Origin: an uncultured delta proteobacterium
Lineage (GTDB): Bacteria > Myxococcota > Myxococcia > Myxococcales > Anaeromyxobacteraceae
Assembly (NCBI GenBank): GCA_963814585.1
Contig: CAWFDF010000014.1
Span: 513,074 to 577,073, forward strand
Length of the DNA stretch: 64,000 nucleotides
Reading direction: 5' to 3'
Below, piece after piece: positions 24,078 through 34,426 of this stretch. The notes under the pieces were generated by a model, which ran no database searches, was not told where the DNA came from, and worked only from the letters and a program-made list of their open reading frames with translations. Numbering within the stretch: the first letter of the stretch is position 1; each line of letters starts with the position of its first letter. Position numbers and translations under genes: made by a program.

Positions 24078-24784
24078 GGGGTGGGGACGGTACCCCTGCT
24101 CCGTGGGCCGGGACAAGGCGGGCGGCGGGGCCGTCGGTTGCGTTGGCCCAGCCGGCGCCGATCATGTAGCGAAGGGCGTTGCGAGGGGCCGTGGCCAGGG
24201 ACGGTCCCGTGCGGGCGGCGAGAGGCGTTGCGAGGGGTGAGCGCTGGCGAGTGGTTCCGTGGCGCCCGGGCACCGCCTGGACGGGCGTTGCCGCAGTGGC
24301 AGGGGAGAGGCGCTGCGAGGAACCGCTGGGACGGGCGCCGCCGGGGCAGGGAGGATCCGTTTCGACGGGAGCGCCTGGGCGATCGGCGCCCGGTGGTGTG
24401 CGGCGCCCGCACGTACTCAAGGTTCAGTCCAGACGTTTGGACTGCGCACCCGGTGAACTCTGCGTTCGCCACTCCGAACTGGAGCGCTCTGCCGGCGACT
24501 CCGCCACCTTGCCTGCACCCGAGCGTGGTCCCTCCTTCGCAACTTTGGGCGCCCAAAGTGGATTTCGGGTCACGAACCCAGAGTCATTTCGCCCCCCCCG
24601 AGACGGGCCCTGAACTGCTGGCGGCGCTTCCAGCGGACCAGCGTCAAGTCGGCCGCTCCGCATGGTTCTCGGCCACGCCGGACCTGCAGCTCCCGCCCAC
24701 CAGCCATCGCCCCGGCCACGGCCGCCGCCCTCCACTCCACCGTAACTTGTGACCCCGCCGCCCCCCGTCTAGGCTCGCCCCACC

Positions 24785-26152
24785 TTGGCCAAGCGCATCG
24801 TCTTCACGAAGAGGCTCCAGCTCATCGGGCTGCTCTCCGTGCCCTCCGGCATGCCGCTCGGCTGGATCTTCAACACCTTCCAGGTCTTCCTCGTGGACCT
24901 GGGCATCTCCCGGACCCAGATCGGCCTCCTCTCCGGCGCCTCGCTCCCGTGGACCCTCAAGTTCCTCTGGGCGCCGCTCGTCGACCGCTTCGCCATCCCC
25001 TGGCCAGGCCGCCGCCGCAGCTGGATCATCCTCACGCAGCTCCTGCTGGCGCTCGCCTTCGGCGCCCTGGCCGCCTTCGCCTGGCGGGCCCTGGCCGCCC
25101 GGGAGGCCGGCACGCCGCTGGCCGCCGCCCCGCTGGTGCTCGGCCTGCTGGCGCTGGCCATCGCCTTCCTGGGGGCCACCCAGGACATCGCCTACGACGC
25201 CTACGCGGTCGAGTTCCTGCGCCCCGAGGAGCACGCCGCCGCTCCCGGCGTCCGCTCGGTCTACTACTGGGTCGGCATGCTGCTGGCCGGTGCCGTCGCC
25301 ATCGGCCTGGTGGACGTCCTCGGCTGGACGCTGGTCTTCCTGCTGCTGGGGCTGCTCTTCGTCGCCTGCGTCGGGCTGGTCTTCTGGAGCGACGAGCCGG
25401 AGCACCCGCCGGTGCCGCGGGCCTCGCTGCGCGAGGCGGTGGTCGAGCCGCTGGGTGCCTTCTTCCGCCGCGGCGACGCCATCGCCATCGCGCTCTTCCT
25501 GATCTTCTACAAGTTCGGGGACAACATGGCCGGCACCATGGTCAACCCGTTCCTCAAGGACCTGTGCTTCTCCAACGCCGAGCTGGGCGCGGCGGTGAAG
25601 ACCATCGGCATCGCCGCCTCCATCGCCGGCAGTGCCGCCGCGGTCGGGCTCACCATGAAGCTGGGCGTGGGGCGGGCCCTGTGGGTGCTGGGCATCGCCC
25701 AGGCGCTGGCCAACCTGCTCTACGCGGCCGCCGCGGTGAGCCGCGCCGCCCCGCTCGAAGCCCAGCTCTGCGCCACCAGCCTGCCACCGCTGGATGCCGC
25801 CACCCGGGTCTGGGCCTACGTCAGCATCGCCGGGGAGTACGGCGCCAAGTCGATGGCCTCGGTGGCGCAAGGGGCGCTGCTCCTGCGCATCTGCGACCGG
25901 AAGAACGCCGTGACCCAGTTCGCGCTGCTCTCCAGCCTCTTCGCGGTGGGACGCTGGTCCGCCGGCATCCCCTCCGGCTGGCTGGTCGAGCTGGTCGGCT
26001 ACCCGCTCTTCTTCACGCTCTGCGCCACCGTGGTGGCCGTGCCCGGGTTCGTCTTCCTGCAGCGGATCGCGCCGTTCGGGCAGCGCGACGTGGCGGGGGC
26101 GCCGGCTTCTGGTGGGGCCGACACCAGCCAAGGGCCTGAATCTCGAGCCTGA
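24785..26152 (+). CDS. ampG: AmpG-family MFS muropeptide transporter
   Basis: SGMPL, PWTLKFLWAPLVD, GRRRSWI, ATQDIAYDAY, FYKFGD, TQFALLSS. Confidence 0.9.
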   Translation: MAKRIVFTKRLQLIGLLSVPSGMPLGWIFNTFQVFLVDLGISRTQIGLLSGASLPWTLKFLWAPLVDRFAIPWPGRRRSWIILTQLLLALAFGALAAFAWRALAAREAGTPLAAAPLVLGLLALAIAFLGATQDIAYDAYAVEFLRPEEHAAAPGVRSVYYWVGMLLAGAVAIGLVDVLGWTLVFLLLGLLFVACVGLVFWSDEPEHPPVPRASLREAVVEPLGAFFRRGDAIAIALFLIFYKFGDNMAGTMVNPFLKDLCFSNAELGAAVKTIGIAASIAGSAAAVGLTMKLGVGRALWVLGIAQALANLLYAAAAVSRAAPLEAQLCATSLPPLDAATRVWAYVSIAGEYGAKSMASVAQGALLLRICDRKNAVTQFALLSSLFAVGRWSAGIPSGWLVELVGYPLFFTLCATVVAVPGFVFLQRIAPFGQRDVAGAPASGGADTSQGPESRA

Positions 26153-26223
26153 ACCGTTGCCTTCGTTGAGGCACGCCTGCAGACTTCACATCTCGGCCCG
26201 GCGGCCGCCACCGCCGCCGCGCC

Positions 26224-27498
26224 TCACCGCCTCGGGCGCTTCGAGAGCAGGGAGCGGCGGAGGTAGAGCGCCCCGTCCTGCTGGTCGACGCGGGCGCCCA
26301 GCAGGCCGGTGAAGGCCTCCCGCCGGACCCGGCCGTCGTCGTAGCTGAAGATGATCGTGAAGTCGCGCAGCTCGTAGCGCCCCGCGCCGGGCCGGTCGTC
26401 GCCGCCGGAGGTGAGGAAGGTGGCGAAGAGGCCGTCGTCGGTGAAGCGCCCTTCGCGCGTGAAGTGGATGACCGGGCGCCTCCCCACCGGGAGCGCCTCG
26501 AGCTGCGGATCGGCCGGGTTGGAGTAGGAGGTCCAGGCGCCGTCGAGGCGGCGCCCATCGACGCTGGCGCAGCGGTGGTAGACGTCGTCGTCGATGAGCA
26601 GCTGGCCGGCCTTCTGGACGCGGAGCCTCCACGGGAAGCGGGCGCCCGGGCGCCGGGACTCGCCGCTCGAGCCGGCGAAGCTGTAGGTGTGCCAGGAGTC
26701 CTCTCGCGCCGGGTGGGAGGCACGGTACGCGGCCCGCTCGAAGCCGGCCAACCCCTCCTCGGGCAGGTCGGCGAACATCACGCCGTCGTCGAAGAAGACC
26801 TTCCAGCGGTTCACCGGTGGCGAGAGGTAATCGGTGGTGGATGACCTCACCAGCCCCATCCAGACGCCGCTGATCCCTGCCCCCTTCCAGCCGGCCGCCC
26901 CGTCGGAGGTGGAGCCCTCTCCGGTCACCTTCCCTGGCGGGTCCGCCGGCTTGGCCGCAGCGCCGGTGGCGACCGGCGCGCCCCGGACCGCGGGTCCGGT
27001 CGCGAGCCGCATCCCGTGGAAGAGGTCGGCCGCCGGCTTCCAGAACCGCAGGTAGGTCTCCCGTCCCGTGGCCAGGAAGAGCACCGTCCCGACCGCCGAG
27101 CCATCGGCGCGCGCCATGACGAACAGGTAGCGCTCCCCCTGGTCGCTCGAGTAGCGCGCGGCGTGGAGCCGGCCATCGGCGCCCGCCAGCGCGTCGCGCT
27201 GCTGCGAGGCCTCGCGCATGTCGCGCAGCCCCAGCCCGGCCGCGGCGCTGGTCCGCACCGAGGTGAACTGGCGGTCCATGTCGGGCTGGCGTGGAACCGA
27301 GGGCAGGACCACCAGCAGCGCGCCGCTGGCCGCCCCGCCTGGCGGCAGGAGGAGGCTGGTGCCGCCCTGGTCGGTCCGGGTCCAGCCGGCCGGCACGTCG
27401 AACCGGTAGCTGGGCGGGGGCGCTTCCGCCGGCGACCGGCTCGGGACGGCCAGCAGGGCAGTCGTGAGGGCGCAGCGGACGAGGAGGTCGAGTGCCAT
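26224..27498 (-). CDS. Secreted hypothetical two-domain protein
   Basis: Signal-peptide-like N-terminus; FDVPAGW; Ala/Gly linker; aromatic-rich C-terminal domain. Confidence 0.7.
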   Translation of the reverse strand: MALDLLVRCALTTALLAVPSRSPAEAPPPSYRFDVPAGWTRTDQGGTSLLLPPGGAASGALLVVLPSVPRQPDMDRQFTSVRTSAAAGLGLRDMREASQQRDALAGADGRLHAARYSSDQGERYLFVMARADGSAVGTVLFLATGRETYLRFWKPAADLFHGMRLATGPAVRGAPVATGAAAKPADPPGKVTGEGSTSDGAAGWKGAGISGVWMGLVRSSTTDYLSPPVNRWKVFFDDGVMFADLPEEGLAGFERAAYRASHPAREDSWHTYSFAGSSGESRRPGARFPWRLRVQKAGQLLIDDDVYHRCASVDGRRLDGAWTSYSNPADPQLEALPVGRRPVIHFTREGRFTDDGLFATFLTSGGDDRPGAGRYELRDFTIIFSYDDGRVRREAFTGLLGARVDQQDGALYLRRSLLSKRPRR

Positions 27499-27689
27499 GG
27501 GGCGAGCCTAGCGCGACGCGAGCCAACCGGCACGGCGCCGGGCCGGGCGGCGACCAGCTCGCCAGGGGGCGCGCGCAATGATCTCCACCGGTTGCGGGTG
27601 GCCGAGCTGTATCCGAAGAAGGTCATCATCGGTTTAGCTGGAATTTCGCCTAAGGTGACACTGGCCCCGATCCTGGAGGAATCACCGAC

Positions 27690-28133
27690 ATGCCACGAAT
27701 GACGCGATTGGCTTCTGGCTGGCTCTGCCTCGTCGCGCTCGCAGGCTGCGGCGGCGGGGGAGGGACCCCGACCGCGCCCGGTGACACCACACCCCCGACG
27801 GTCGTCGGCACCACCCCGCCGGCCGCTGCGACCAACGTGGCGACCAGCACCACGGTGTCGGTGCAGTTCTCCGAGTCGATGAAGGTGGCCTCGGTGGCCG
27901 TCACGCTGGCGCCCTCCGCCGCGCTCGGCGCACCGGCCTGGACCGCCGGTGACACCGTGGTCACCTTCACGCCGACGTCGCCGCTCGCCGCGGGGATCAC
28001 CTACGCCCTGGCAATCTCCGGCCAGGACCTGGCCGGCAACGCACTCGCCTTCCCGGGGCGGAGCTTCACCACCGCAGCCGCCGAAGCCGCCACCTGGGAC
28101 CTCGCCGTCTGGGACCAGGCCACCTGGGAGTAG
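27690..28133 (+). CDS. Lipoprotein with Big_5/SbsA-type Ig-like domain and Trp-rich C-terminal tail
   Basis: GGAGGA RBS; lipobox LAG-C; DTTPPTV..TP...NV...VQFSESM...FTP..L..G.TY....QDLAGN...SFTT; ends WDLAVWDQATWE. Confidence 0.85.
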   Translation: MPRMTRLASGWLCLVALAGCGGGGGTPTAPGDTTPPTVVGTTPPAAATNVATSTTVSVQFSESMKVASVAVTLAPSAALGAPAWTAGDTVVTFTPTSPLAAGITYALAISGQDLAGNALAFPGRSFTTAAAEAATWDLAVWDQATWE

Positions 28134-28189
28134 CGCCGCCCTGGCCGAGCCGCCTTCCAGTGACCACCTCACGCACCAAGGAGAAGCCC

Positions 28190-28912
28190 GTGAACTCCAA
28201 GAACCTGCACGCCGCCGCCGTGTCGCTGCTGCTCCTCGCCGCCCCCGCGGGGGGCGTGCGCGCCACCCCGGTGACCTATCCCCCCACCTCGCCCTTCGTG
28301 GCCGGGACCAGCATCAAGGCGGCCGACGTCAACGCCAGCTTCACCGCGGTGAAGACGGCCGTCGATGACAACGCCACCCGCCTCGCCGCCGCCGAGACCG
28401 GGCTGACCGCGGCGCTCGCGCGCATCACCGCGCTCGAGGCGACCAACGCCGAACGGATGAGCTACTACGCCGAACAGGGCGGCGTCGACGCCAACGGCTC
28501 GATCGATGACACCTGGGTCGACGTGGGGGGAACGACCATCGCCGTGACCTTCGTGGCCCCCACCACCATCCGCTACCAGCTCTTCGCCAGGATCTACAAC
28601 TACGCCGGCACCACCGGGAGCCCCACCAGCTGCTCGGTCCGGATCGTCAAGGACGACGTCCCGACCGCCCTCTTTCCCATCACTCCAGCAACGATGGGCG
28701 ACTGGAACGGGATCCTGACCGGCGGCGACACCTCGCCGAACAACTCAAACCAGGTGGCCCTCGGCGGACTCGTCACCATGCCGGCCGGCGCCTACACCTT
28801 CAAGGTCCAGGTGGTCCGCAAGACGACGGCTGGCCTCGTCAACTCGGGCAACTGCTCGATCTTCCGCTGGTCCTTCAGCAAGGCGCGCTTCTTCATCGAC
28901 GTCGTACCCTAG
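28190..28912 (+). CDS. Secreted tail-fibre-like protein (N-terminal motif, coiled coil, beta-sandwich head)
   Basis: AAGGAG RBS before GTG; signal peptide ending VRA; FVAGTSIKAADVNASF; heptads NATRLAAAE..ARITALE; beta-rich C-terminus with AGAYTFKVQV. Confidence 0.7.
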   Translation: MNSKNLHAAAVSLLLLAAPAGGVRATPVTYPPTSPFVAGTSIKAADVNASFTAVKTAVDDNATRLAAAETGLTAALARITALEATNAERMSYYAEQGGVDANGSIDDTWVDVGGTTIAVTFVAPTTIRYQLFARIYNYAGTTGSPTSCSVRIVKDDVPTALFPITPATMGDWNGILTGGDTSPNNSNQVALGGLVTMPAGAYTFKVQVVRKTTAGLVNSGNCSIFRWSFSKARFFIDVVP

Positions 28913-28973
28913 CCCCTCGAAGGGCGCTGAGCCGCCAGGCCTTCGGCTTGCCCGGCACCGCGGTGCCACCCCG

Positions 28974-30476
28974 TCACTCCAGCGGCGGCACCAGCACGAG
29001 CACGTCCACCGTCGCCCTCCGCTCCACGATCCGCACCGGCCACGCATGGTAGGCGCGCAGCCAGCGCTCCGCCTCGCGCTCCGGCTCTTCGCCGCGCGGC
29101 CGGCAGATCCGGATCGACTCGACCGGGAGCCCCTTCCACTGCATCACCGTGGGCGTGGCCCGGTGGGTCACCCCCCAGACGCGCCGCGGCCCGCCGCCGG
29201 CCTCGTCGCGCAGCCCGCGCTCCCGCGTCACCAGCGCCGCGTGCCAGACCGCCGGCCACACCGACCAGTAGTCGCCGGCCACCAGCTGGCACCCCGCCGC
29301 CAGCACGTCCTCGGTGAGCGTCCCCGCCACCGCGTCGAGGTCGGCGCGGACGCGCTGGAGCGACGGCGTCCCGCCCACCGCCAGCACCGCCAGCGGAAGC
29401 GCCAGCAGCGCCGCGGCGAAGGCCGGCCGGGCGGCCCGGGCCAGGCGCGCCAGCGGCTCGGCCAGCAGCGAGATCACGGCCAGGTGGAGGAGCAGCGCGG
29501 CCGGCGCCAGGTAGCGCGGGTGGTGGTGGTTCTCGGCCACCCAGGCCAGCGCGCCGACGAAGGCGGCATAGGCCGCCGCCGCGAAGAGCAGCATCCCGGC
29601 CCGGACCAGCGCGTCGCGCCGCCAGCCGCGCGACGACGGCAGCGCCAGGAGCGCGCCGCCCAGCCCGGCGCACGCGAGCAGTGCCCCGCCCCACCCGGGC
29701 GCCTCGGTCCAGGCCCTCGTCACCGTGGCCGCCCAGGCGGCCGGCCACTGCGCCACCGGCAGGAAGCCGACCGTCAGCAGGAGCGGGTTCCCGGTGAGGA
29801 CCGGGTAGAGCATGATCGACAGCTGCCCGGCGCCGAGGCCGGCCGCCAGCAGCCCGGCGTCGACCAGCAGCCGCTCCCGGATGGCGCCCCGCTCCCCGGC
29901 CGGCTCGGTGAGCCAGTCCTCCAGGGCCCGCCCCAGCGCCAGGAGTCCCAGCACCACGCCGGTGGCCGGGTTGACCCAGTGGGCCAGCAGGACCAGCAGC
30001 AGGCCCGCCGCCAGCCGCCCGCGCCGGCGCCGCCCCCCGCCGGGCGCCGGCTCGGCGAAGGCCAGGCCGGCCAGCGCCAGCGCCAGGGCCAGGCCGTAGG
30101 GCTGGTCGCCCAGGTACTCGAAGCGCCAGGCCTCCGGGGCGAGGAGCAGGAGCGTCGCCGCGGCCGCGACGCCGACCAGCGGCCAGTCGCGCTCGGCCAG
30201 CAGGTGGCGGGCCAGCAGCACCACCGCCGCCAGCCCGGCCAGGATCATCAGGCCGCGCTGCAGCAGCAGGTTCCAGAGCGGATCGCGGACCGGCAGCGCC
30301 AGCAGCGGCAGCAGCATGCCGTACCGCTCCTGGTCCCAGTAGAGCGGCGTCCAGCGCTGCAGCGACACCAGCACCGGGACGATCGAGTCGCCGTGCTCCA
30401 GCCGGTGGAAGCTGCCGAGGTCGAGCAGCGCCGCCGCCGCCGCCAGCGCCCCGAAGAGCGGCCAGGCGCGGCGCAC
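28974..30476 (-). CDS. Polytopic membrane protein, possibly GT-C-fold glycosyltransferase
   Basis: Many hydrophobic helices; first loop [18 protein letters not shown]; periplasmic C-terminus [12 protein letters not shown] start inferred. Confidence 0.65.
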   Translation of the reverse strand: MRRAWPLFGALAAAAALLDLGSFHRLEHGDSIVPVLVSLQRWTPLYWDQERYGMLLPLLALPVRDPLWNLLLQRGLMILAGLAAVVLLARHLLAERDWPLVGVAAAATLLLLAPEAWRFEYLGDQPYGLALALALAGLAFAEPAPGGGRRRRGRLAAGLLLVLLAHWVNPATGVVLGLLALGRALEDWLTEPAGERGAIRERLLVDAGLLAAGLGAGQLSIMLYPVLTGNPLLLTVGFLPVAQWPAAWAATVTRAWTEAPGWGGALLACAGLGGALLALPSSRGWRRDALVRAGMLLFAAAAYAAFVGALAWVAENHHHPRYLAPAALLLHLAVISLLAEPLARLARAARPAFAAALLALPLAVLAVGGTPSLQRVRADLDAVAGTLTEDVLAAGCQLVAGDYWSVWPAVWHAALVTRERGLRDEAGGGPRRVWGVTHRATPTVMQWKGLPVESIRICRPRGEEPEREAERWLRAYHAWPVRIVERRATVDVLVLVPPLE

Positions 30477-30499
30477 GGCTGGACCACGGCGGCGCCGGG

Positions 30500-31220
30500 C
30501 TACCTGGCCCCGGCCCGCTCGGCCCGCTCCTTGGCCTCGGCCGCCAGGGCCCGCACCGAGAAGCCCGGCGTCTGGGCGTACTCGTCGGTGGCGTTGGCGT
30601 GGAAGGCCCGGGCGCTGGCCTTCATGGCCGCCAGCTGGTCGGCCGGGATGGCCGGAGACGGGCGGCGCAGCCAGGGATCCGAGTGGTAGCTGACGGCCGG
30701 GCCCCGCAGCAGCGCCTTCTCGTCCTGCAGCTGCCCCTGGCGGTCCAGGGACGGCGGCGCGTGCTCGCCGGTGTCCATGCGGATGGCGTCCTTGGGGCAG
30801 GCCTCGACGCAGAAGCCGCAGACCACGCAGCGCAGCTCGTCGATGACGAACTTGACCGGGTACTTCTCGATGGGATCGCCCTGCCACCTCGCCGGCCTCG
30901 ATGTAGATGCACTGGGCCGGGCAGGCCGTGGCGCACATGTAGCAGGCCACGCAGCGCGGGTTGCCGTCCTCGCGCGGCACCAGGCGGTGCAGGCCGCGGT
31001 AGCCGGGCGGATACGGCGCCTTCTCCTCCGGGTACTGGAGGGTGACGTTGTCCGAGCGGGCGAAGCCGCGCGGCCGCGCCAGGATGTCGGGGTTGGCGTC
31101 GCGGCTGAAGAAGAGGTTCTTGAGGAAGTGCCCGGTCAGGGTGCCGATGCCCTTGATCACCTCCGGGAAGTAGAACCGCTCCCGGAGGTCGAGCGGCCGG
31201 TTGTCGAGCTGGTAGGCCAT
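30500..31220 (-). CDS. nuoI: NADH-quinone oxidoreductase subunit I (frameshift near 30885)
   Basis: [25 protein letters not shown]; second frame [14 protein letters not shown]. Confidence 0.92.
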
Positions 31221-31229
31221 GTCGATCTC

Positions 31230-32621
31230 CTAGTGCCCCGCGGCGTGGGCCGCGCCGTGGCCGTGGTGGGCGTCGCCAGCGCCGGGGGCGGGCGCCTGCC
31301 GGCCGGAGACGCCGACCAGCACGCCGATGACGGCGATGGTGACGAGGCCGATCCAGGCCAGCAGCTGGAGCGACGGGTCGAGGAGGATGGCGGCGCCGGT
31401 GACGAAGATGTTGATGAGCGCGGCCGGCAGCAGGATCTTCCAGCAGAGCTTCTGGATCTGGTCGTAGCGGAAGCGCGGCAGCAGCCAGCGGATGACCAGC
31501 TGCAGCCACATCAGCAGGATCATCTTCACCAGGAAGGCCCCGGCGCCGACGGCGGCGAACCAGAACGGGGTCAGGCCCTGGCGGAGCGCCTGCTCGAACA
31601 CCAGCGGGTGCCAGCCGCCCAGGAAGACGGCGGTGATGACGCCGGCGAAGACCGCGATCTCGAGGAACTCGGCGAGGAACATCATGCCGAACTTCATGCC
31701 CGAGTATTCGATGAAGTAGCCGACGATCTCGCTCTCGCCCTCGGGGAGGTCGAAGGGCGCGCGCTTGGTCTCGGCGAAGCCCGAGGTGAAGAAGATGAGG
31801 AAGCCGATGGGCTGCAGGAGCAGGCCCAGGGCCGGGAAGCCGCCCAGCACCGGCGCGCCCTGCGCCACCACCATCTCGTCGAGCCGCAGCGTCCGGTAGG
31901 CCATCATGGTGCCCACCAGCGAGAGCCCCATGGAGACCTCGTACGAGATCATCTGCGAGGAGGCCCGGACGCCGCCCAGCAGCGCCAGCTTGTTGTTGGA
32001 GGCCCAGCCGGCCAGCGAGGTGCCGTAGACCGAGAGCGAGGCGATGGCGAAGAGGTAGAGGAGGCCGGCGTCGAGCTGGGCCACCTGCAGCGCCACCGTC
32101 CGGCCGGCGCCGGCCGCCTCGCTGAAGAAGGCGCCCAGGTCGACCGGGGGGCCGACCGGGACGATGGCGAAGAGGCAGAAGACCGGCGCGAAGGAGAGCA
32201 CCGGGGCCAGCTCGAAGAGCAGCCGGGAGCGGGCCTCGGTGGCCGCCCGCTCCTTGGTGAGCATCTTGAGCGCGTCGGCCAGCAGGTAGGGGATGCCGCC
32301 GAGCGGGTTGCCCCCCACCGTGATCCGGTTGGCGCCGATCCGGTTCTGCAGCAGCGCCGACCACTTGCGCTCCGCCACCGTGAGCAGCGAGCCGGAGATC
32401 ATGAGGACCACCATCATGAGCGTCAGCAGGTTGCCGGTGGCGACGCCGTAGGAGACGGCGGCGGCGCTCACCGTCCCGGGCGGGTTCCAGCCGAAGGCGA
32501 TGGCGAGGGCGTTGAAGCCCCAGCCCAGTCCGGCCGCCGCCCAGTAGAAGGCGGCGCCGAGGAGGACGAGGAGGCCGACCAGGGCGGCCAGCGTCAGGGA
32601 CATTCCGACGAAGCGCTTCAC
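31230..32621 (-). CDS. nuoH: NADH-quinone oxidoreductase subunit H
   Basis: ERKWSA..QNRIG.N, ADALKML.KE, QMISYE, ETKRAPFDLPEGESE, PRFRYDQ. Confidence 0.95.
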   Translation of the reverse strand: MKRFVGMSLTLAALVGLLVLLGAAFYWAAAGLGWGFNALAIAFGWNPPGTVSAAAVSYGVATGNLLTLMMVVLMISGSLLTVAERKWSALLQNRIGANRITVGGNPLGGIPYLLADALKMLTKERAATEARSRLLFELAPVLSFAPVFCLFAIVPVGPPVDLGAFFSEAAGAGRTVALQVAQLDAGLLYLFAIASLSVYGTSLAGWASNNKLALLGGVRASSQMISYEVSMGLSLVGTMMAYRTLRLDEMVVAQGAPVLGGFPALGLLLQPIGFLIFFTSGFAETKRAPFDLPEGESEIVGYFIEYSGMKFGMMFLAEFLEIAVFAGVITAVFLGGWHPLVFEQALRQGLTPFWFAAVGAGAFLVKMILLMWLQLVIRWLLPRFRYDQIQKLCWKILLPAALINIFVTGAAILLDPSLQLLAWIGLVTIAVIGVLVGVSGRQAPAPGAGDAHHGHGAAHAAGH

Positions 32622-32631
32622 GCGTTCCTCC

Positions 32632-34395
32632 TCACCAGCCGCTCGGCGCGACGCCGCGCTCGAGGGGCTCGGCGCCCTCGGGAGCCATGCGATCCCTCTG
32701 CCCGCCCAGCCGGCCGTCGACGGTGCCGGCCGCCAGCGGGACGAAGCCCCGGCGCCGCCCGGCCGAAGGGAGCGAGTCCCACCTGAAGTCCCCGCCGATG
32801 GCCCCCGCCAGCCTCGGCGAGAGCGCCAGCCAGACCTCGCGGGCGCCACGCCACGGCGTCTGCAGGCCGAGCGCGCGTCCCAGCGCCGCGGCCAGCTCGG
32901 CGTGCGGGCGGGCCTCCCCGCGCGGATACCAGGCCGCCTCGAACCGCTGGGCGCGCCCCTCGAAGTTGACGAAGGTGCCGTCGGCCTCGGCCACCGGCGA
33001 GGCCGGCAGCAGCACCGTGGCCGCGGCCGCCAGGGGTCCGCCATTGCTGGCCTGCACCACCAGGGTGGCCAGCGAGGCGAGCGCCCCGGGCTCGGCCGGG
33101 AGCTCGGCCCCCACCGCCCAGACGGCGCGGACCGCGCCGGCTCCGGCCGCCGCGACCAGCTCGGGGAACGAGCGGATCGCCAGGCCGAAGGCCTGCGCCG
33201 CCAGCTCCACGCCCTTGCGGTTGGGGTTCTCGTCGGCCTTCTTGAGGAACTCGTCGTGCCAGCCGTCGGGCCGGCCGCCGACGTAGACCGCCTTCGCGCC
33301 CAGCCCCTCGCTGGCGACCGCGCAGGCGGCCAGCAGGTCCTCGAGCGAGGCCAGCGGCGAGAGCAGCACCGCCACCTCCCCCTGCTCCCGGGCCGCCGTG
33401 AGGGCGCGGGCGGCGGCAGCCACCGCGGCGTCGCGGGCCGCCGGCCTGGCGTCGGCCCCGCGTCCCACCCGCGCCTTCAGCACGCGGTCGACGTTGCAGG
33501 GCTTGTAGGTGAGCCGCCCCGGGTCGCACATCCACTCCTGGTTGACGTGCTCGTTCTCGCGGGGGCGCAGCCGGTAGGCCGACTCGCCGAGGTAGTCGAG
33601 CGAGACGTTGCAGCCACGGCTGCAGCCGGTGCAGATGGAACGGGCCGAGCTCATGAACCAGACCCGGCCGCTGAAGCGGAAGTCGGTCGAGGTGAGCGCG
33701 CCCACCGGGCAGATGTCGACCACGTTGCCGGCGTACCGGTCGTCGAGCGGCTTCCCGGGGAAGGCGGTGATCTCGCTGTGCGTGCCGCGGTTGGCGACGC
33801 CCAGCTGCGGGTTCTTGGCCACCTCGCGCATGAAGCGGACGCAGCGGGTGCAGAGGATGCAGCGCTCCTGGTCGAGCGTGACCGTCGGCCCCAGCGGGAC
33901 CCGCTTCCCCTTCACGTTCTTGGGGATGTCGAGGCGGGAGGGCCTGGCGTCGTACTGGACGTAGTAGTCCTGCAGCTTGCACTCGCCGGCCTGGTCGCAG
34001 ATGGCGCAGTCGACCGGGTGGTTGAGGAGCAGGAACTCCAGCGTGGCCGCCTGCTGGTCCTTCACCTTCTGGGTGTCGGTCTTGACCGCCACGCCCTCGG
34101 CCAGGGGCGCCTGGCAGCCCGGCATGAGCTTGCCGCCCGGCGCGTTGGACATCTCGACCAGGCACATGCGGCAGTTGGCGGCGACGGAGAGCCGCTTGTG
34201 CCAGCAGTAGTAGGGGATCTCGATCCCCATCCGGGTGGCCGCCTCGATGACGGTGGTGCCGGGCTTCACCACCACCTCGCGCCCGTCGATGGTGGCCGTC
34301 ACCATCCCCGGGTTCTTGGGGGGCGGCGGCGCAGGCGGGCCCGGCGGCGGCTTGGCGGCCACGGCGGGCGCTTCAGGCTTCTTCTCCTCGGCCAT
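32632..34395 (-). CDS. nuoG: NADH-quinone oxidoreductase subunit G (short form)
   Basis: IPYYCWH..L...ANCRMCLVE, NHPVDCAICDQAGECKLQ, CILCTRCVRF, DICPVGALT, CTGCSRGC. Confidence 0.92.
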   Translation of the reverse strand: MAEEKKPEAPAVAAKPPPGPPAPPPPKNPGMVTATIDGREVVVKPGTTVIEAATRMGIEIPYYCWHKRLSVAANCRMCLVEMSNAPGGKLMPGCQAPLAEGVAVKTDTQKVKDQQAATLEFLLLNHPVDCAICDQAGECKLQDYYVQYDARPSRLDIPKNVKGKRVPLGPTVTLDQERCILCTRCVRFMREVAKNPQLGVANRGTHSEITAFPGKPLDDRYAGNVVDICPVGALTSTDFRFSGRVWFMSSARSICTGCSRGCNVSLDYLGESAYRLRPRENEHVNQEWMCDPGRLTYKPCNVDRVLKARVGRGADARPAARDAAVAAAARALTAAREQGEVAVLLSPLASLEDLLAACAVASEGLGAKAVYVGGRPDGWHDEFLKKADENPNRKGVELAAQAFGLAIRSFPELVAAAGAGAVRAVWAVGAELPAEPGALASLATLVVQASNGGPLAAAATVLLPASPVAEADGTFVNFEGRAQRFEAAWYPRGEARPHAELAAALGRALGLQTPWRGAREVWLALSPRLAGAIGGDFRWDSLPSAGRRRGFVPLAAGTVDGRLGGQRDRMAPEGAEPLERGVAPSGW

Positions 34396-34426
34396 TCCTA
34401 TTCCTCCGAGCGCACCGGGCGGGCCG

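Noticed and set aside
27690..28912. Prophage remnant
   Set aside because: Both proteins carry bacterial export signals, and no other phage genes are nearby.
28974..31220. 748-aa NuoI-membrane protein fusion ORF
   Set aside because: Artefact of the indel near 30885; the NuoI C-terminal half is in another frame with its own stop at 30500.
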